Shown: positions 17,293 to 26,259 of the stretch, in pieces
Numbering within the stretch: position 1 is the stretch's first letter
Layout of the letters: each line of letters begins with the position of its first letter
From: Verrucomicrobiota bacterium
GTDB lineage: Bacteria; Verrucomicrobiota; Lentisphaeria; Lentisphaerales; Lentisphaeraceae
Direction: 5' to 3'
Length of the DNA stretch: 64,000 nucleotides
Assembly: GCA_039798785.1 (NCBI GenBank)
Contig: JBDKFG010000002.1
Coordinates: 60,853 to 124,852 of the forward strand
The notes under the pieces: generated by a model
The model's input: the letters and a program-made list of their open reading frames with translations, nothing else
What the model was told of the DNA's origin: nothing
Database searches by the model: none
Made by a program: the position numbers and the translations under genes

Positions 17293-17591
17293 GCGAGCGA
17301 TTCATCGCTCTGTCGGTGTGTGAGGACTGCCTGCTCTTCATCGCGAATGGCATCGACGACAATACCCCGCAGGAGACGGTCAGCGGCGCAGAAAACGCCG
17401 CTGGCTGGCTGATGGCTGGATCGGAAGATCTCGGCTTCTCCTGGTCGCCTTGCGAGGTCTGCCAACGCCCTCTCGGCGGCGAGAGGCACCGGGCTTGGCT
17501 TGATCCAGACCACAATCCACAACCCCAGGAGATCAAGCATGAAACGAGCAATCACCGCAAAAGTCATATCGGGGAAATACAGGTCGAATGA
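17289..17591 (+). CDS. Small phage-like Zn-binding protein
   Basis: VCEDC...FSWSPCEVC..LGGER; ATGA overlap with the upstream gene. Confidence 0.65.
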   Translation: MSERFIALSVCEDCLLFIANGIDDNTPQETVSGAENAAGWLMAGSEDLGFSWSPCEVCQRPLGGERHRAWLDPDHNPQPQEIKHETSNHRKSHIGEIQVE

Positions 17592-18021
17592 TCTTGCATG
17601 GCTGCACATCACCTACCTGTCGACCTTGAGCATTGCCAGTCGCGGCGAGGCAGATCCCGGGATTGATCTTGTGACTCTTCCCTCGACACTTGCATGCAAA
17701 GGCAGCGGACTGCATCTGCTGTTACTGCATGGACGCAAGAGAAAGGACGCCAATCTCAAGGAGTGGGGTTACGACGGCGGTTGCCTGAAACAGGTCGAAA
17801 CCGTCACGATCACCACGGGTGCCGTGTCCGTCATCATTTCAGGTGGCGAAAAGCTGTCCTTTCCCATCGTCGGCGATTTGGTGCAGGTCGAGAGTCGCCA
17901 GGCCAAAAGGCTGGCTCTGGCGCCTGGTTTTTACGGCGACCTGGAGGTGCAAGCTCCAGGCTATCAGAACTCGCACAAAAATGTAGCAGCCTCGGAGAGC
18001 AACTCCGGGGTTTTGCATTGA
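17539..18021 (+). CDS. Hypothetical protein
   Basis: AGGAG RBS before ATG 17539. Confidence 0.6.
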   Translation: MKRAITAKVISGKYRSNDLAWLHITYLSTLSIASRGEADPGIDLVTLPSTLACKGSGLHLLLLHGRKRKDANLKEWGYDGGCLKQVETVTITTGAVSVIISGGEKLSFPIVGDLVQVESRQAKRLALAPGFYGDLEVQAPGYQNSHKNVAASESNSGVLH

Positions 18022-18050
18022 CACCAACCCACAAACCCAGGAGCCTGACC

Positions 18051-19190
18051 ATGGCCAAGATGAATTTCATCCCTGAGTCCCGCTTCCAGCACAAAATGCC
18101 TCTGCCTCATGAGGCGGAGAAGTGGTTCAAGCCGGGAGCTTCGGTCGCTGACAACATGAAGCGGTCTCCCTTCGCCGATGCGTCGAGGGAGCGATTCAAC
18201 GAAATCGTGCGGGAGATCGAAGCGGCTTGCCGTCAACGATCCCGCGAACGGTTGGAATCTCTGACTCGGGAGCTGCAAGAACAGCTCGGCGGAAAGATCG
18301 TCGATCCCGAAGCCGATGCTCGGCGATTCTCCTGCGTGACCCTGGACCTTATCTTGGATGACAGCTTGAGTCTGCGTCTGCACCATGCCATCGAGGGCGA
18401 GTACCTGAACATGCCCGGTCGGATGCTCACGGTTTCCCTTCAAGGGCAGGCTTCTTGTCAGCCCAAGGGAGAGATCTTCGCGGCCCTGCAAAGGAACGGC
18501 GTGGCTTTGCAGGTCGATTGCGCCAAGGAGATCTTCAGCACTTCGACACTGCGCAAGCAGACGATGAAAGCCATCGTGGAGGCCTTCCATGAATTTCGGT
18601 CGGCCTTCGCGACTGAAGTCACGGACGAGCTTCTTTCCCACTGCCTCAAGCATGTGCCGGGAGCCTTGCATGGCGAGACCTACAAGCAGCAAGCCTATGC
18701 ACCGCAGGAAGCCCCTCTGCACTTCTGGTTCCAGGGTGATCACCTTCATGCGATCCGAGCCGTTGCCGGCATCCGCGAGGAACACGCAAGCGAGATCACG
18801 CAGGCGGCGGAAGCTCTGCTTCTGGCCAGCCTGGGAGTAGATGAGCTGCGCTACGCCTATGTGCCGCACCGCTGGTTCCCGATGCTGGTCGTCGACTGCA
18901 CGGCTGAAGTCCTGGATTCGGCCATTCCTTGTTCGGATCTGCGGCAACTCGTCATCCTGAGCCAAGAGGAGCTTGGGGATCTGATCCACAGTCCTCCGGA
19001 GGCAGGCCAGTTCATCACGCCACGGGCGAGGAAGACGATCACCCGAGAAGAACAAGACGACTTCGTCGCCACCATGAAGCGGCTGAAGGAAGTGGCGCGA
19101 TTATCGAGCTATCGAATCCACCAACACAGCTTCGCGGAGCTCATCGACGCTGCCTTCGAGAAGAAGCGGAAGCGAGAGCGGCCGGCATGA
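18051..19190 (+). CDS. Hypothetical protein
   Basis: AGGAG RBS before ATG 18051; ~379 aa. Confidence 0.7.
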   Translation: MAKMNFIPESRFQHKMPLPHEAEKWFKPGASVADNMKRSPFADASRERFNEIVREIEAACRQRSRERLESLTRELQEQLGGKIVDPEADARRFSCVTLDLILDDSLSLRLHHAIEGEYLNMPGRMLTVSLQGQASCQPKGEIFAALQRNGVALQVDCAKEIFSTSTLRKQTMKAIVEAFHEFRSAFATEVTDELLSHCLKHVPGALHGETYKQQAYAPQEAPLHFWFQGDHLHAIRAVAGIREEHASEITQAAEALLLASLGVDELRYAYVPHRWFPMLVVDCTAEVLDSAIPCSDLRQLVILSQEELGDLIHSPPEAGQFITPRARKTITREEQDDFVATMKRLKEVARLSSYRIHQHSFAELIDAAFEKKRKRERPA

Positions 19191-19267
19191 GATCCAGAAG
19201 CACAAGCCCCCGGACAAGCTCCGGGGTTTTTCATTCCCTCATTCAACCCACAACCCAAGGACTGCCA

Positions 19268-19744
19268 ATGCGTATTGCCGTCAAGAATCTGTGTCCACCC
19301 TGCCACAGTCGCTGCGGCTCCCCGATGGGCCGTAGCAACGCTGGCGCTGAAGATCTGATCGAACATCTCGATGCCTGCTCGCCTGAAGAAGCTCGGGTGC
19401 GTTACCTCCGCATCCCGCTGAACGCTGGCGGATACGATCCTGGAGGAGCCTACTGGGGCCAAGGAGCGCCGCTGTATTGCCTGCATGTCGCCGGACTTCC
19501 GGTCCTGTGGAAACGCATGGCCGGCATGCCTGATTTGTCCCGAAGCGCGAGGCGAAGCATTGCCGAACTTCACGGCCATGCCGCCGCCTTGGATCTCTTC
19601 GATGAAGCCTTCCAGCGAGCGCCTTGGGCCTATGCCCGGGCGATGCTGGCGAAGCAGGATGGCAAGCTCGTGCCGCTGCACACCTACCTCGCCTGGCTTC
19701 GCCAAGGCGAGGACGAGTACTCAACCCAAAATCCGGAGAAATGA
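19268..19744 (+). CDS. Phage-like hypothetical protein (GYDxGGAYWG motif)
   Basis: AAGGA RBS; GSPMGR and LNAGGYDPGGAYWG motifs. Confidence 0.65.
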   Translation: MRIAVKNLCPPCHSRCGSPMGRSNAGAEDLIEHLDACSPEEARVRYLRIPLNAGGYDPGGAYWGQGAPLYCLHVAGLPVLWKRMAGMPDLSRSARRSIAELHGHAAALDLFDEAFQRAPWAYARAMLAKQDGKLVPLHTYLAWLRQGEDEYSTQNPEK

Positions 19745-20202
19745 CCATGTCTCAAGACAAGTGGCTTGATGATCACGCCTGCGCCATCTTCGGTCGCAGC
19801 GTGCTCGAAATCCTGGAAGAGTCGGAGGACTGGAGTGCTGACACTCTGGAGGCCATTGCCCAAGTGGCGACGGAGCTCCGTCTGCGCAAGCTGGACTCCG
19901 CAGACTTCGAGCGTGCAGCCCAGCCCTATCCCGGACCGGAACTGTACCTGCCTGAGCCGGGCACGGGCATCATCGTTGCCAGTGAATACGGCGACATGCA
20001 CCTGATGATCGAAGGCGACACCGCCTATGTCTACTTCGAGGCTCCACGCAAGGATGATGTCTCCCGCGCTGAAGTGGTCATCTCACGCCCCGTCGATGAG
20101 GGTGCGCAAGTGGCCGTCAGGTTCTACGACCTCGGCGGCGAAGAACCGGTAGCGGATGGATCATTCCGCCTCTCGCCCGAAGGCAAATGGTGCTTCGAGT
20201 GA
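19741..20202 (+). CDS. Acidic hypothetical protein
   Basis: GGAG RBS; ATGA overlap with the upstream gene. Confidence 0.6.
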   Translation: MTMSQDKWLDDHACAIFGRSVLEILEESEDWSADTLEAIAQVATELRLRKLDSADFERAAQPYPGPELYLPEPGTGIIVASEYGDMHLMIEGDTAYVYFEAPRKDDVSRAEVVISRPVDEGAQVAVRFYDLGGEEPVADGSFRLSPEGKWCFE

Positions 20203-20282
20203 AGTGACCCAAGAAGAGAACCCCAACAATCCCAACCCACGCCCCGGAACACTCCGGGGCTTTTACATGCAAGGAGAACCCC

Positions 20283-20801
20283 ATGCTCAAGATCAACATC
20301 AGCTTCTCGAAAAAGATCCCCGGCCCCGAGCAATACTCCAGCCTGAGCTTCCATGGCAGCATGGAGCGCGAGCTGAGCGACGGCCTCTCGGGTCAGCAGA
20401 TCCAGGAAGCCTTCGCCAAGAGCTATGCCCTGCTCGAAACCACGGTGGAAAGCGAGATCGCCCGCTACTGCGCTGCGCCCCACGACAACGAGGCGCCGCC
20501 GCCGGTCCCCGAGGCCCCGCGTCAAGCTCCCCCGAGCTATGCCAAGCAGGAACGCCCGCCGGCTACGCCGCCGCCGCAACAACGGCGCGGCAACTACGGC
20601 CGGCCGCAGGGCCAGGGCGCGTCGATGATCACCGAATCGCAGCTCAAATTCCTCAACCGCCTCGCAGCGGAACGAGGCATGACGCAGCAGCAGATGCGGG
20701 CTGACATCGCCCAGCGTTTCCAAGTGGCTCGCCCCGAGGATCTGAGCAAGCAGGAAGCCTCCCGCTACATCGAAGAGATCAGTCAGCGGAGGGCCTCTTG
20801 A
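20283..20801 (+). CDS. Hypothetical protein, probable partner of the downstream nuclease
   Basis: AAGGAG RBS; Pro-rich linker; small C-terminal helical domain (TESQLKFL...LSKQEASRYIE); overlaps the next gene. Confidence 0.75.
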   Translation: MLKINISFSKKIPGPEQYSSLSFHGSMERELSDGLSGQQIQEAFAKSYALLETTVESEIARYCAAPHDNEAPPPVPEAPRQAPPSYAKQERPPATPPPQQRRGNYGRPQGQGASMITESQLKFLNRLAAERGMTQQQMRADIAQRFQVARPEDLSKQEASRYIEEISQRRAS

Positions 20802-21649
20802 ACACCAGTGCCGCCTCCTTCGCGGAGCTCCGGCAAATCCCCCACTGGTCCTTCAGCTCCCTCAACCAGATCCTCAACATCTGCTCGATGCAGTACGCCT
20901 TCCGCAAGGTCGAACAGGCGGAACCGGCCTTCGTGCCGGGCAACCTGGTCTTCGGCAAGGCCTTTCACCAAAGCGTGTCGCACCTCTACCGCGGCCTGCA
21001 AGTGAAGGGTTCGCCCCTGGCGGTGCCCGAGCTGCAAGAGCACTTCACCGCCGCCCTCGCGGGCCAGGTCAAGGGCGAGTCCCTGCCGGTTCACTTCGGT
21101 GAGGAAAAGGATCTCGATTGGCACCTCGACAAGGGACGGCAGATGCTGCAATCCCTGGTCGACAGTCTTGATCCGGCGGACGAAGTGGTGGGCGTAGATG
21201 TCCCCTTCATCGCCGAGTTCCTCGACGAAGACGGGCGCGTTGTCAGCAAGCCGCTGATCGGCGAGTTCGACGCCGTGGTCGAGAACCAAGGCCGGCTGGT
21301 GCTGGTCGACTTCAAGACCGCCGCCGCCAAATGGCCCACGCAGAAGTGCCACAGCGACCTGCAGGCGACCGCCTACCTCATGGGCCTGCGCCAAAGCGTC
21401 AGCTCCCAGCAGTCGCTCTTCCGCTACGATGTCGTCACCAAGACCAAGGAGCCCTCGGTGACCCGCTACCTGACCGACCGCACCGACAGCGATTTCCTCC
21501 GCCTCACCAAGCTGGTGTTGATGGCTGATCGCGTTGTCGAGCAAGGTCTGTTTTACCCCCACGAAGGCTGCATCGCCTGTGGCGGCTGCCCCTACGCCAG
21601 CCACTGCGTCAAGTGGCACCAGCAATCCTACCTGCAACTCTCAGCCTGA
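20798..21649 (+). CDS. PD-(D/E)XK nuclease, RecB/AddB/Cas4-like
   Basis: SFSSL..C, FGKAFH, GEFD.....LVDFKT, Q..AY and C-terminal CxxCxxxxxC. Confidence 0.85.
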   Translation: MNTSAASFAELRQIPHWSFSSLNQILNICSMQYAFRKVEQAEPAFVPGNLVFGKAFHQSVSHLYRGLQVKGSPLAVPELQEHFTAALAGQVKGESLPVHFGEEKDLDWHLDKGRQMLQSLVDSLDPADEVVGVDVPFIAEFLDEDGRVVSKPLIGEFDAVVENQGRLVLVDFKTAAAKWPTQKCHSDLQATAYLMGLRQSVSSQQSLFRYDVVTKTKEPSVTRYLTDRTDSDFLRLTKLVLMADRVVEQGLFYPHEGCIACGGCPYASHCVKWHQQSYLQLSA

Positions 21650-21660
21650 GGAGACTCTCC

Positions 21661-22053
21661 ATGAGCACCAAGAGCATCAAGATCGATCCCGCCTTGACGA
21701 AGCTTCTCGAAAGCCTGCGTCAGGAGCACGGCATGTCAGGTCAGTCCGTCATCCTCAACTTCCGTGATCCGAACTACTCCGCCAACAAAGGCGGCTATCA
21801 CCCGGTCGAGATCATGGTCGAGAAAGACGGCTCGCTGGTCTACGTCACCGACTTCACCTTCGTCGGCCAAGGCGAGTTCGCCGAGCTGACGACCGAACTC
21901 AACTGGGACTTCCGCTGCGGCGAGTACGAACAGCTCTGGTACGGCGCCAACCTGCCGCTCCATGTCGGTGCCGATGTCTTCGCCATCTGGCAGAAGAACT
22001 TCCTCGACTACCACGCCATGAAGATCTACAAGATCGAAGTCACTGCCGCCTGA
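21661..22053 (+). CDS. DUF2787-family protein
   Basis: LNFRDPNYSA..GGYHPVEI...YVTDF...EL..ELNWDF signature. Confidence 0.8.
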   Translation: MSTKSIKIDPALTKLLESLRQEHGMSGQSVILNFRDPNYSANKGGYHPVEIMVEKDGSLVYVTDFTFVGQGEFAELTTELNWDFRCGEYEQLWYGANLPLHVGADVFAIWQKNFLDYHAMKIYKIEVTAA

Positions 22054-22192
22054 AAACGCCCTTGCTGCCGCCCCTTCGGAGCTGCCCCAGTGGCTCCATT
22101 CCGCCCTCCTGAAGGACTGCCTTCGGAGGGCTTTTACCCCCGCCATCTTCAAGTCACACGAAGCCCCAACCACCAACCACCGGAGCCCCACC

Positions 22193-22423
22193 ATGAACAG
22201 AGAACGCCGTGAACGCATCGACACCCTCAAGGAATCCCTCGCGGGTCTCAAAAGCGAGTTGGAGACCATCCAAGAAGAAGAACAGGAAGCCTACGACGCC
22301 ATGCCCGAGGGCTTGCAGAGCAGCGAACGAGGCGAGAAGGCTCCGGCCGCAGCCGATGCCCTGAGCGAAGCTGTGTCGCAACTCGACGGAGCCATTGAGC
22401 AGCTTGAAGAAGCCGTCGGCTAA
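22193..22423 (+). CDS. Small acidic coiled-coil phage-like protein
   Basis: EEQEAYDAMPEGLQSSERGE; GGAG RBS. Confidence 0.7.
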   Translation: MNRERRERIDTLKESLAGLKSELETIQEEEQEAYDAMPEGLQSSERGEKAPAAADALSEAVSQLDGAIEQLEEAVG

Positions 22424-22550
22424 ATCCCTGATCACTCATTTCACCCGTTCAAACCGACACGCCAAGTGACGGTCTGCCGCAGCCTCGTTTCCTCACAGGA
22501 GCGGGGCTGTTTCTGTGCCCCCTTTCCCCCACCAACCCAAGGAGATCGCC

Positions 22551-22865
22551 ATGACCCTCACCATTCCCGCTGCCCAGGGCAGCATGACCCTGCGGATGGG
22601 CCTTCTGGCCTTCCTCAAGGGGCCGCTCACCCGGCAGCTCCGCCTCCACCGCGATCCTGTCGATCCGCTGGAGCGACTGCACAGAGTTCTACATCGCCGT
22701 GACCTGATGCGTGGTGCCCGTCTCAAGCGGGCTCTGCACGAATCCTTGGAAGAACTCTGCGACTTGTCGCCGGTCGAGATCGAACTCGACGACGATGACC
22801 TCGCGGCCTTCCTCCGCAGCGGCTTCCGCCTGAAGCCTCGCTCTCAACCCCTCAACGCCGCCTAA
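22551..22865 (+). CDS. Hypothetical protein
   Basis: AAGGAG RBS before ATG 22551. Confidence 0.6.
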   Translation: MTLTIPAAQGSMTLRMGLLAFLKGPLTRQLRLHRDPVDPLERLHRVLHRRDLMRGARLKRALHESLEELCDLSPVEIELDDDDLAAFLRSGFRLKPRSQPLNAA

Positions 22866-22879
22866 AGGAGCCCCCCAAC

Positions 22880-23404
22880 ATGAACACCCAGATCACCTTT
22901 CCTCCTCTGCTCCGTCCCATGCGCCGGATGCAGCCCGCCGATGACGCCGGCATGGCCTACCGCTTGGAGCTGCGCCGCGTCCCTGAACCACAGGCGCAGA
23001 TGTTCAAGCTGATGGCCGATCCCACTGATGTAGCCCGCTTCCTTTACTCACTTGGTCTCGCCGAAGCGCCGGAGGAGCGCTTTGTGCTGCTTTGTCTCGA
23101 CACTCGCAACGCCCTCATCGCCTACACCGAAGTGTCGCGTGGCTCGGTGGATCGTCTGACGGTGCATCCCCGTGAGATCTTCCGCTTCGCCATCCTGACC
23201 GGGGCATCGCGGATCACCGTGGCCCACAACCATCCCTCCGGTGATGTCAGTCCTTCGCCGCAGGATCTCAAGGTGACGGAGGGACTCAACGAAGCCGGCA
23301 AGGTGGTTGGGATTGAGCTGCTCGATCACCTGATCGTCGGACACTCCCTGGCGTCGGGACTACGTCACTACGCCTCGCTGCGCGAGCGGGGGCAGCTCTT
23401 ATGA
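22880..23404 (+). CDS. radC: RadC-family JAB-domain protein
   Basis: EERFVLLCLD, VHPREIF, AHNHPSGDVSPSPQD and LLDHLIVG. Confidence 0.92.
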   Translation: MNTQITFPPLLRPMRRMQPADDAGMAYRLELRRVPEPQAQMFKLMADPTDVARFLYSLGLAEAPEERFVLLCLDTRNALIAYTEVSRGSVDRLTVHPREIFRFAILTGASRITVAHNHPSGDVSPSPQDLKVTEGLNEAGKVVGIELLDHLIVGHSLASGLRHYASLRERGQLL

Positions 23405-23835
23405 GCGCGGGCGATGTCGAATCCTGGTGGGCCGAACTGGCTCGTCTAGTGGCCCGGGAAAGGGCCGAGAGCGCACGACTCGCCCTCTTCCCGATGGGAC
23501 CCGGCTGCGGCGGCGCAAGACACCGCAAATGCGCCGGCAAGGGCATTGAGCGGTCGATCAAGAACGCCAAGCGGATGATCGAGCTGCGCGGGAAAATCCG
23601 GGCGGCGGAACGGCCGCCTTCTTCGCCTGCCCCCAAGACCGAGAGTCTGAAGGACTTCCTCAAGCGGGCTGGGGATTTTCTCCAGGAGGTGCCAGCGGAG
23701 GAGCGGAAGCAGGGCCGAGCCTTGATCCACGAGATCCGCCGGTTAACCAGCGTCTGGGAAGACGCCACGCCGGTCTTTCGTGAACTACTGGGCCTGATCA
23801 AAGAGAAAGGTTTCAAGGCAGGAGGTGTCCCATGA
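23401..23835 (+). CDS. Hypothetical protein
   Basis: ATGA overlaps on both sides. Confidence 0.55.
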   Translation: MSAGDVESWWAELARLVARERAESARLALFPMGPGCGGARHRKCAGKGIERSIKNAKRMIELRGKIRAAERPPSSPAPKTESLKDFLKRAGDFLQEVPAEERKQGRALIHEIRRLTSVWEDATPVFRELLGLIKEKGFKAGGVP

Positions 23836-24167
23836 TCGCCATACCCAGCTACCGTCTCTGCGGGCTGTGCAAGTGTGGCGCTATCACCCTCTTCGACAAG
23901 GAGAGGGGATGCGACCTGTCGATGGCCGCCGAGACCTTCGAAAAGCTCACGGGGGACACCGTTCCGCAGGTCTCTGCGGGATGGGTCCACTGCAACAGCT
24001 GCGCCAACCATTGGTCGGTGGAGCAATGCGGCTGTGGCAGCGGCCAGCTCTTCGGCGAGTGCGAAGAAGATTACCCCGAGTGTCGTCGTCCCTATCAAGA
24101 CATTGGCCCTCATCTTGATCATTTGATCTTTAATCACAAAAACAAGGAGGCCCATCATGGGCGCTGA
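23832..24167 (+). CDS. Cys-rich hypothetical protein
   Basis: GGAGG RBS; CKCG, CNSC, CGCGSG and C...C motifs. Confidence 0.65.
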   Translation: MIAIPSYRLCGLCKCGAITLFDKERGCDLSMAAETFEKLTGDTVPQVSAGWVHCNSCANHWSVEQCGCGSGQLFGECEEDYPECRRPYQDIGPHLDHLIFNHKNKEAHHGR

Positions 24168-24456
24168 ATTCAACACCTACATCTACGACGGCCCGGAATC
24201 GCGACTGGAGGCACATCACCGACGGGTCCAGAACGAGCTGCGTATCCAGTTTGGGAATGACACCTACGCAGGACACATCGGAATCATGCCTGATGGGATC
24301 GACAAGTCGAAGAAGATTTGCGCATCCAGACAAGAAGCAATTGAAACAATCGAAAAACACCACAATAAATGGCAGCGAGCGATGGCCGTGCCATTCAGTA
24401 AAACAGATTCAAAGAAAAAGATTTACTTTGTGGTAGGTGGTTGGTGCGCTAGTTGA
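24157..24456 (+). CDS. Hypothetical protein
   Basis: AAGGAGG RBS; ends GGWCAS. Confidence 0.7.
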   Translation: MGAEFNTYIYDGPESRLEAHHRRVQNELRIQFGNDTYAGHIGIMPDGIDKSKKICASRQEAIETIEKHHNKWQRAMAVPFSKTDSKKKIYFVVGGWCAS

Positions 24457-24463
24457 ATTAATG

Positions 24464-24497
24464 AACGACGCCTATGGGGGCGTTGTTTATTTTTTTT
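24464..24497 (+). terminator. Rho-independent terminator
   Basis: AACGACGCC...GGCGTTGTT stem followed by a T-run. Confidence 0.75.
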
Positions 24498-25063
24498 CAA
24501 TAAACACAGCGATTTTCTGCTTTTGAGCTGAGGTGCAGATCGCCGGAGGCCTCGTTGACCGTGCCAGTCGTCTGGACGCATCCAACGGCGACCAGGCAGG
24601 AAATCTCCGGGAGTCTGGGGACCCTGCAGACCGGATGAATGACATCTCTGACCTCTCGCGCGCGTTACGCGAGCGTCACGTGGGCGCCTTTGTTTTGACC
24701 CCCTAGCATGTCAGATGTCAGATATCAGGTATCATGCCAGGTCTTAGGCCTGATGTCTCCTATGAATTGCCCATAGCCCCGGTGCCCAGCCCCCTTGCGG
24801 TCTCTGTCCAGCCGCGTTGCTTTGGGATACTTTTTTCTAAATCTCACAAACTATAATATGTGAAAATGCGGATGTCCTTACTTGTGACCGCCTCAAATTG
24901 ATAGCGATCACAACCTCTTGGCAATCACGAAATACAGGTGGTTATTTGTTTTGAATACAACAACTATATATACACACCTGCACACGCGATAATCAACACA
25001 TCAGAAGACATCAACATCTAGCATTTAATCACACTTGCATCAAACAATACACTGAGGTATACA

Positions 25064-25633
25064 ATGTCTAATAGAGAGACAATTGAAGTCATTTCGAATA
25101 AAATACATGACATATTCAGCCATGCTACTGGAGAGAGGTGCAGAAACCTATTTATACGGTTTGACGTTAAATTTCCTGATGATGGAGAGGAATATAATGA
25201 ATCAAGCCTGTTCAGTGAGTTCATGCGTGTCCTCATACAAGACCTCAATCGCAATGGGTACGGAGATGCCTACTATCTTTCCGTTCGGGAAAAGGACGAG
25301 GCGTTCCATGGTCACTACCATATCATCCTCCTACTGAATGGCAAATACACTCAGTCCATTTACGGGCACATGGAACGGGCTCGGGAACTGTGGGCTCGCG
25401 AACTGAATCGTGTCGGACCTTACCGGGGAGATGGCTCGGGCCTCATCCACTATCGCTCTCCCGCCGGAGGGAACGGCGTCATGCTCCGTACCGATGATCC
25501 CGACTACCACGCCAAAGTGATGAACTGCATCGACCAGAGTCTCTACTTGGCCAAGTCGGAAACCAAAGACGCTTTCGGCACACACGGTCGTACTTGGGGC
25601 TCCACCAAAGGAATCCCGTCCCGTTATGGATAA
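25064..25633 (+). CDS. Inovirus Gp2 / YagK-YfjJ-family HUH endonuclease (Rep-like)
   Basis: IRFDVKFP, Y.SVRE, HYHIILLLNG (HUH motif) and YLAK..TK (catalytic Tyr). Confidence 0.8.
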   Translation: MSNRETIEVISNKIHDIFSHATGERCRNLFIRFDVKFPDDGEEYNESSLFSEFMRVLIQDLNRNGYGDAYYLSVREKDEAFHGHYHIILLLNGKYTQSIYGHMERARELWARELNRVGPYRGDGSGLIHYRSPAGGNGVMLRTDDPDYHAKVMNCIDQSLYLAKSETKDAFGTHGRTWGSTKGIPSRYG

Positions 25634-26007
25634 GAAAAAATCTAAGTACCGCGCCTGATCCGAGAAGTTCCTTCCGCCTCGCCAAGACGCTCCTCCTCAG
25701 CAGCTCTACGATCTCAGCCTGCATCCTCTTGCCTGCCCTCTAGCAAGGGGTTTTTAGCCGGTGCTCGGCGAATCCTTCTGCAATTACTGCAACTAACTCA
25801 ACCACATGAAGTTGCACAATATCTAACTTTTCAGACACCAAGATCATCCTGTGGTGAAGAACCCGCGATCCACATCTTTCTGTGACTTCACTTCGGGGAT
25901 CTCCTGTCGCTAACCGGCTCATGAAGAGCGCGATGCGCAGGGTTTAGATCCCGACTCAACCAAGTTCAGCCCTCCCCCTCAGGAGGGCTTTTTTGTGGAG
26001 AAATCCC

Positions 26008-26211
26008 ATGTCAACTTCCCCTCATTCGCCTGCTTTCGACGCGGCTATCGCCTCCTGGAGCGAGCCGCTGGTCGAGTTCTTCCCTCGCACCGCCCAACCG
26101 GGCGAACGCTTCTTCTGGCGCAGCCAAGCTGAGGCCGATTCCGTTGCCCGGCAGAAAGCTGCCATGCTGGCACGAGCCCACCAGGAAGCGCTTAGCGGAG
26201 CCCAGCGCTAA
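26008..26211 (+). CDS. Small hypothetical protein
   Basis: GGAG RBS after a hairpin. Confidence 0.45.
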   Translation: MSTSPHSPAFDAAIASWSEPLVEFFPRTAQPGERFFWRSQAEADSVARQKAAMLARAHQEALSGAQR

Positions 26212-26259
26212 GCCCCTTCCATCAACACTTGTCATCCACACCAACCACCAGGCCCACCC

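Noticed and set aside
20798..21649. Cas4-like nuclease suggesting CRISPR-Cas
   Set aside because: No repeat-spacer array or other cas genes were seen; solo nucleases of this type are common in mobile elements.
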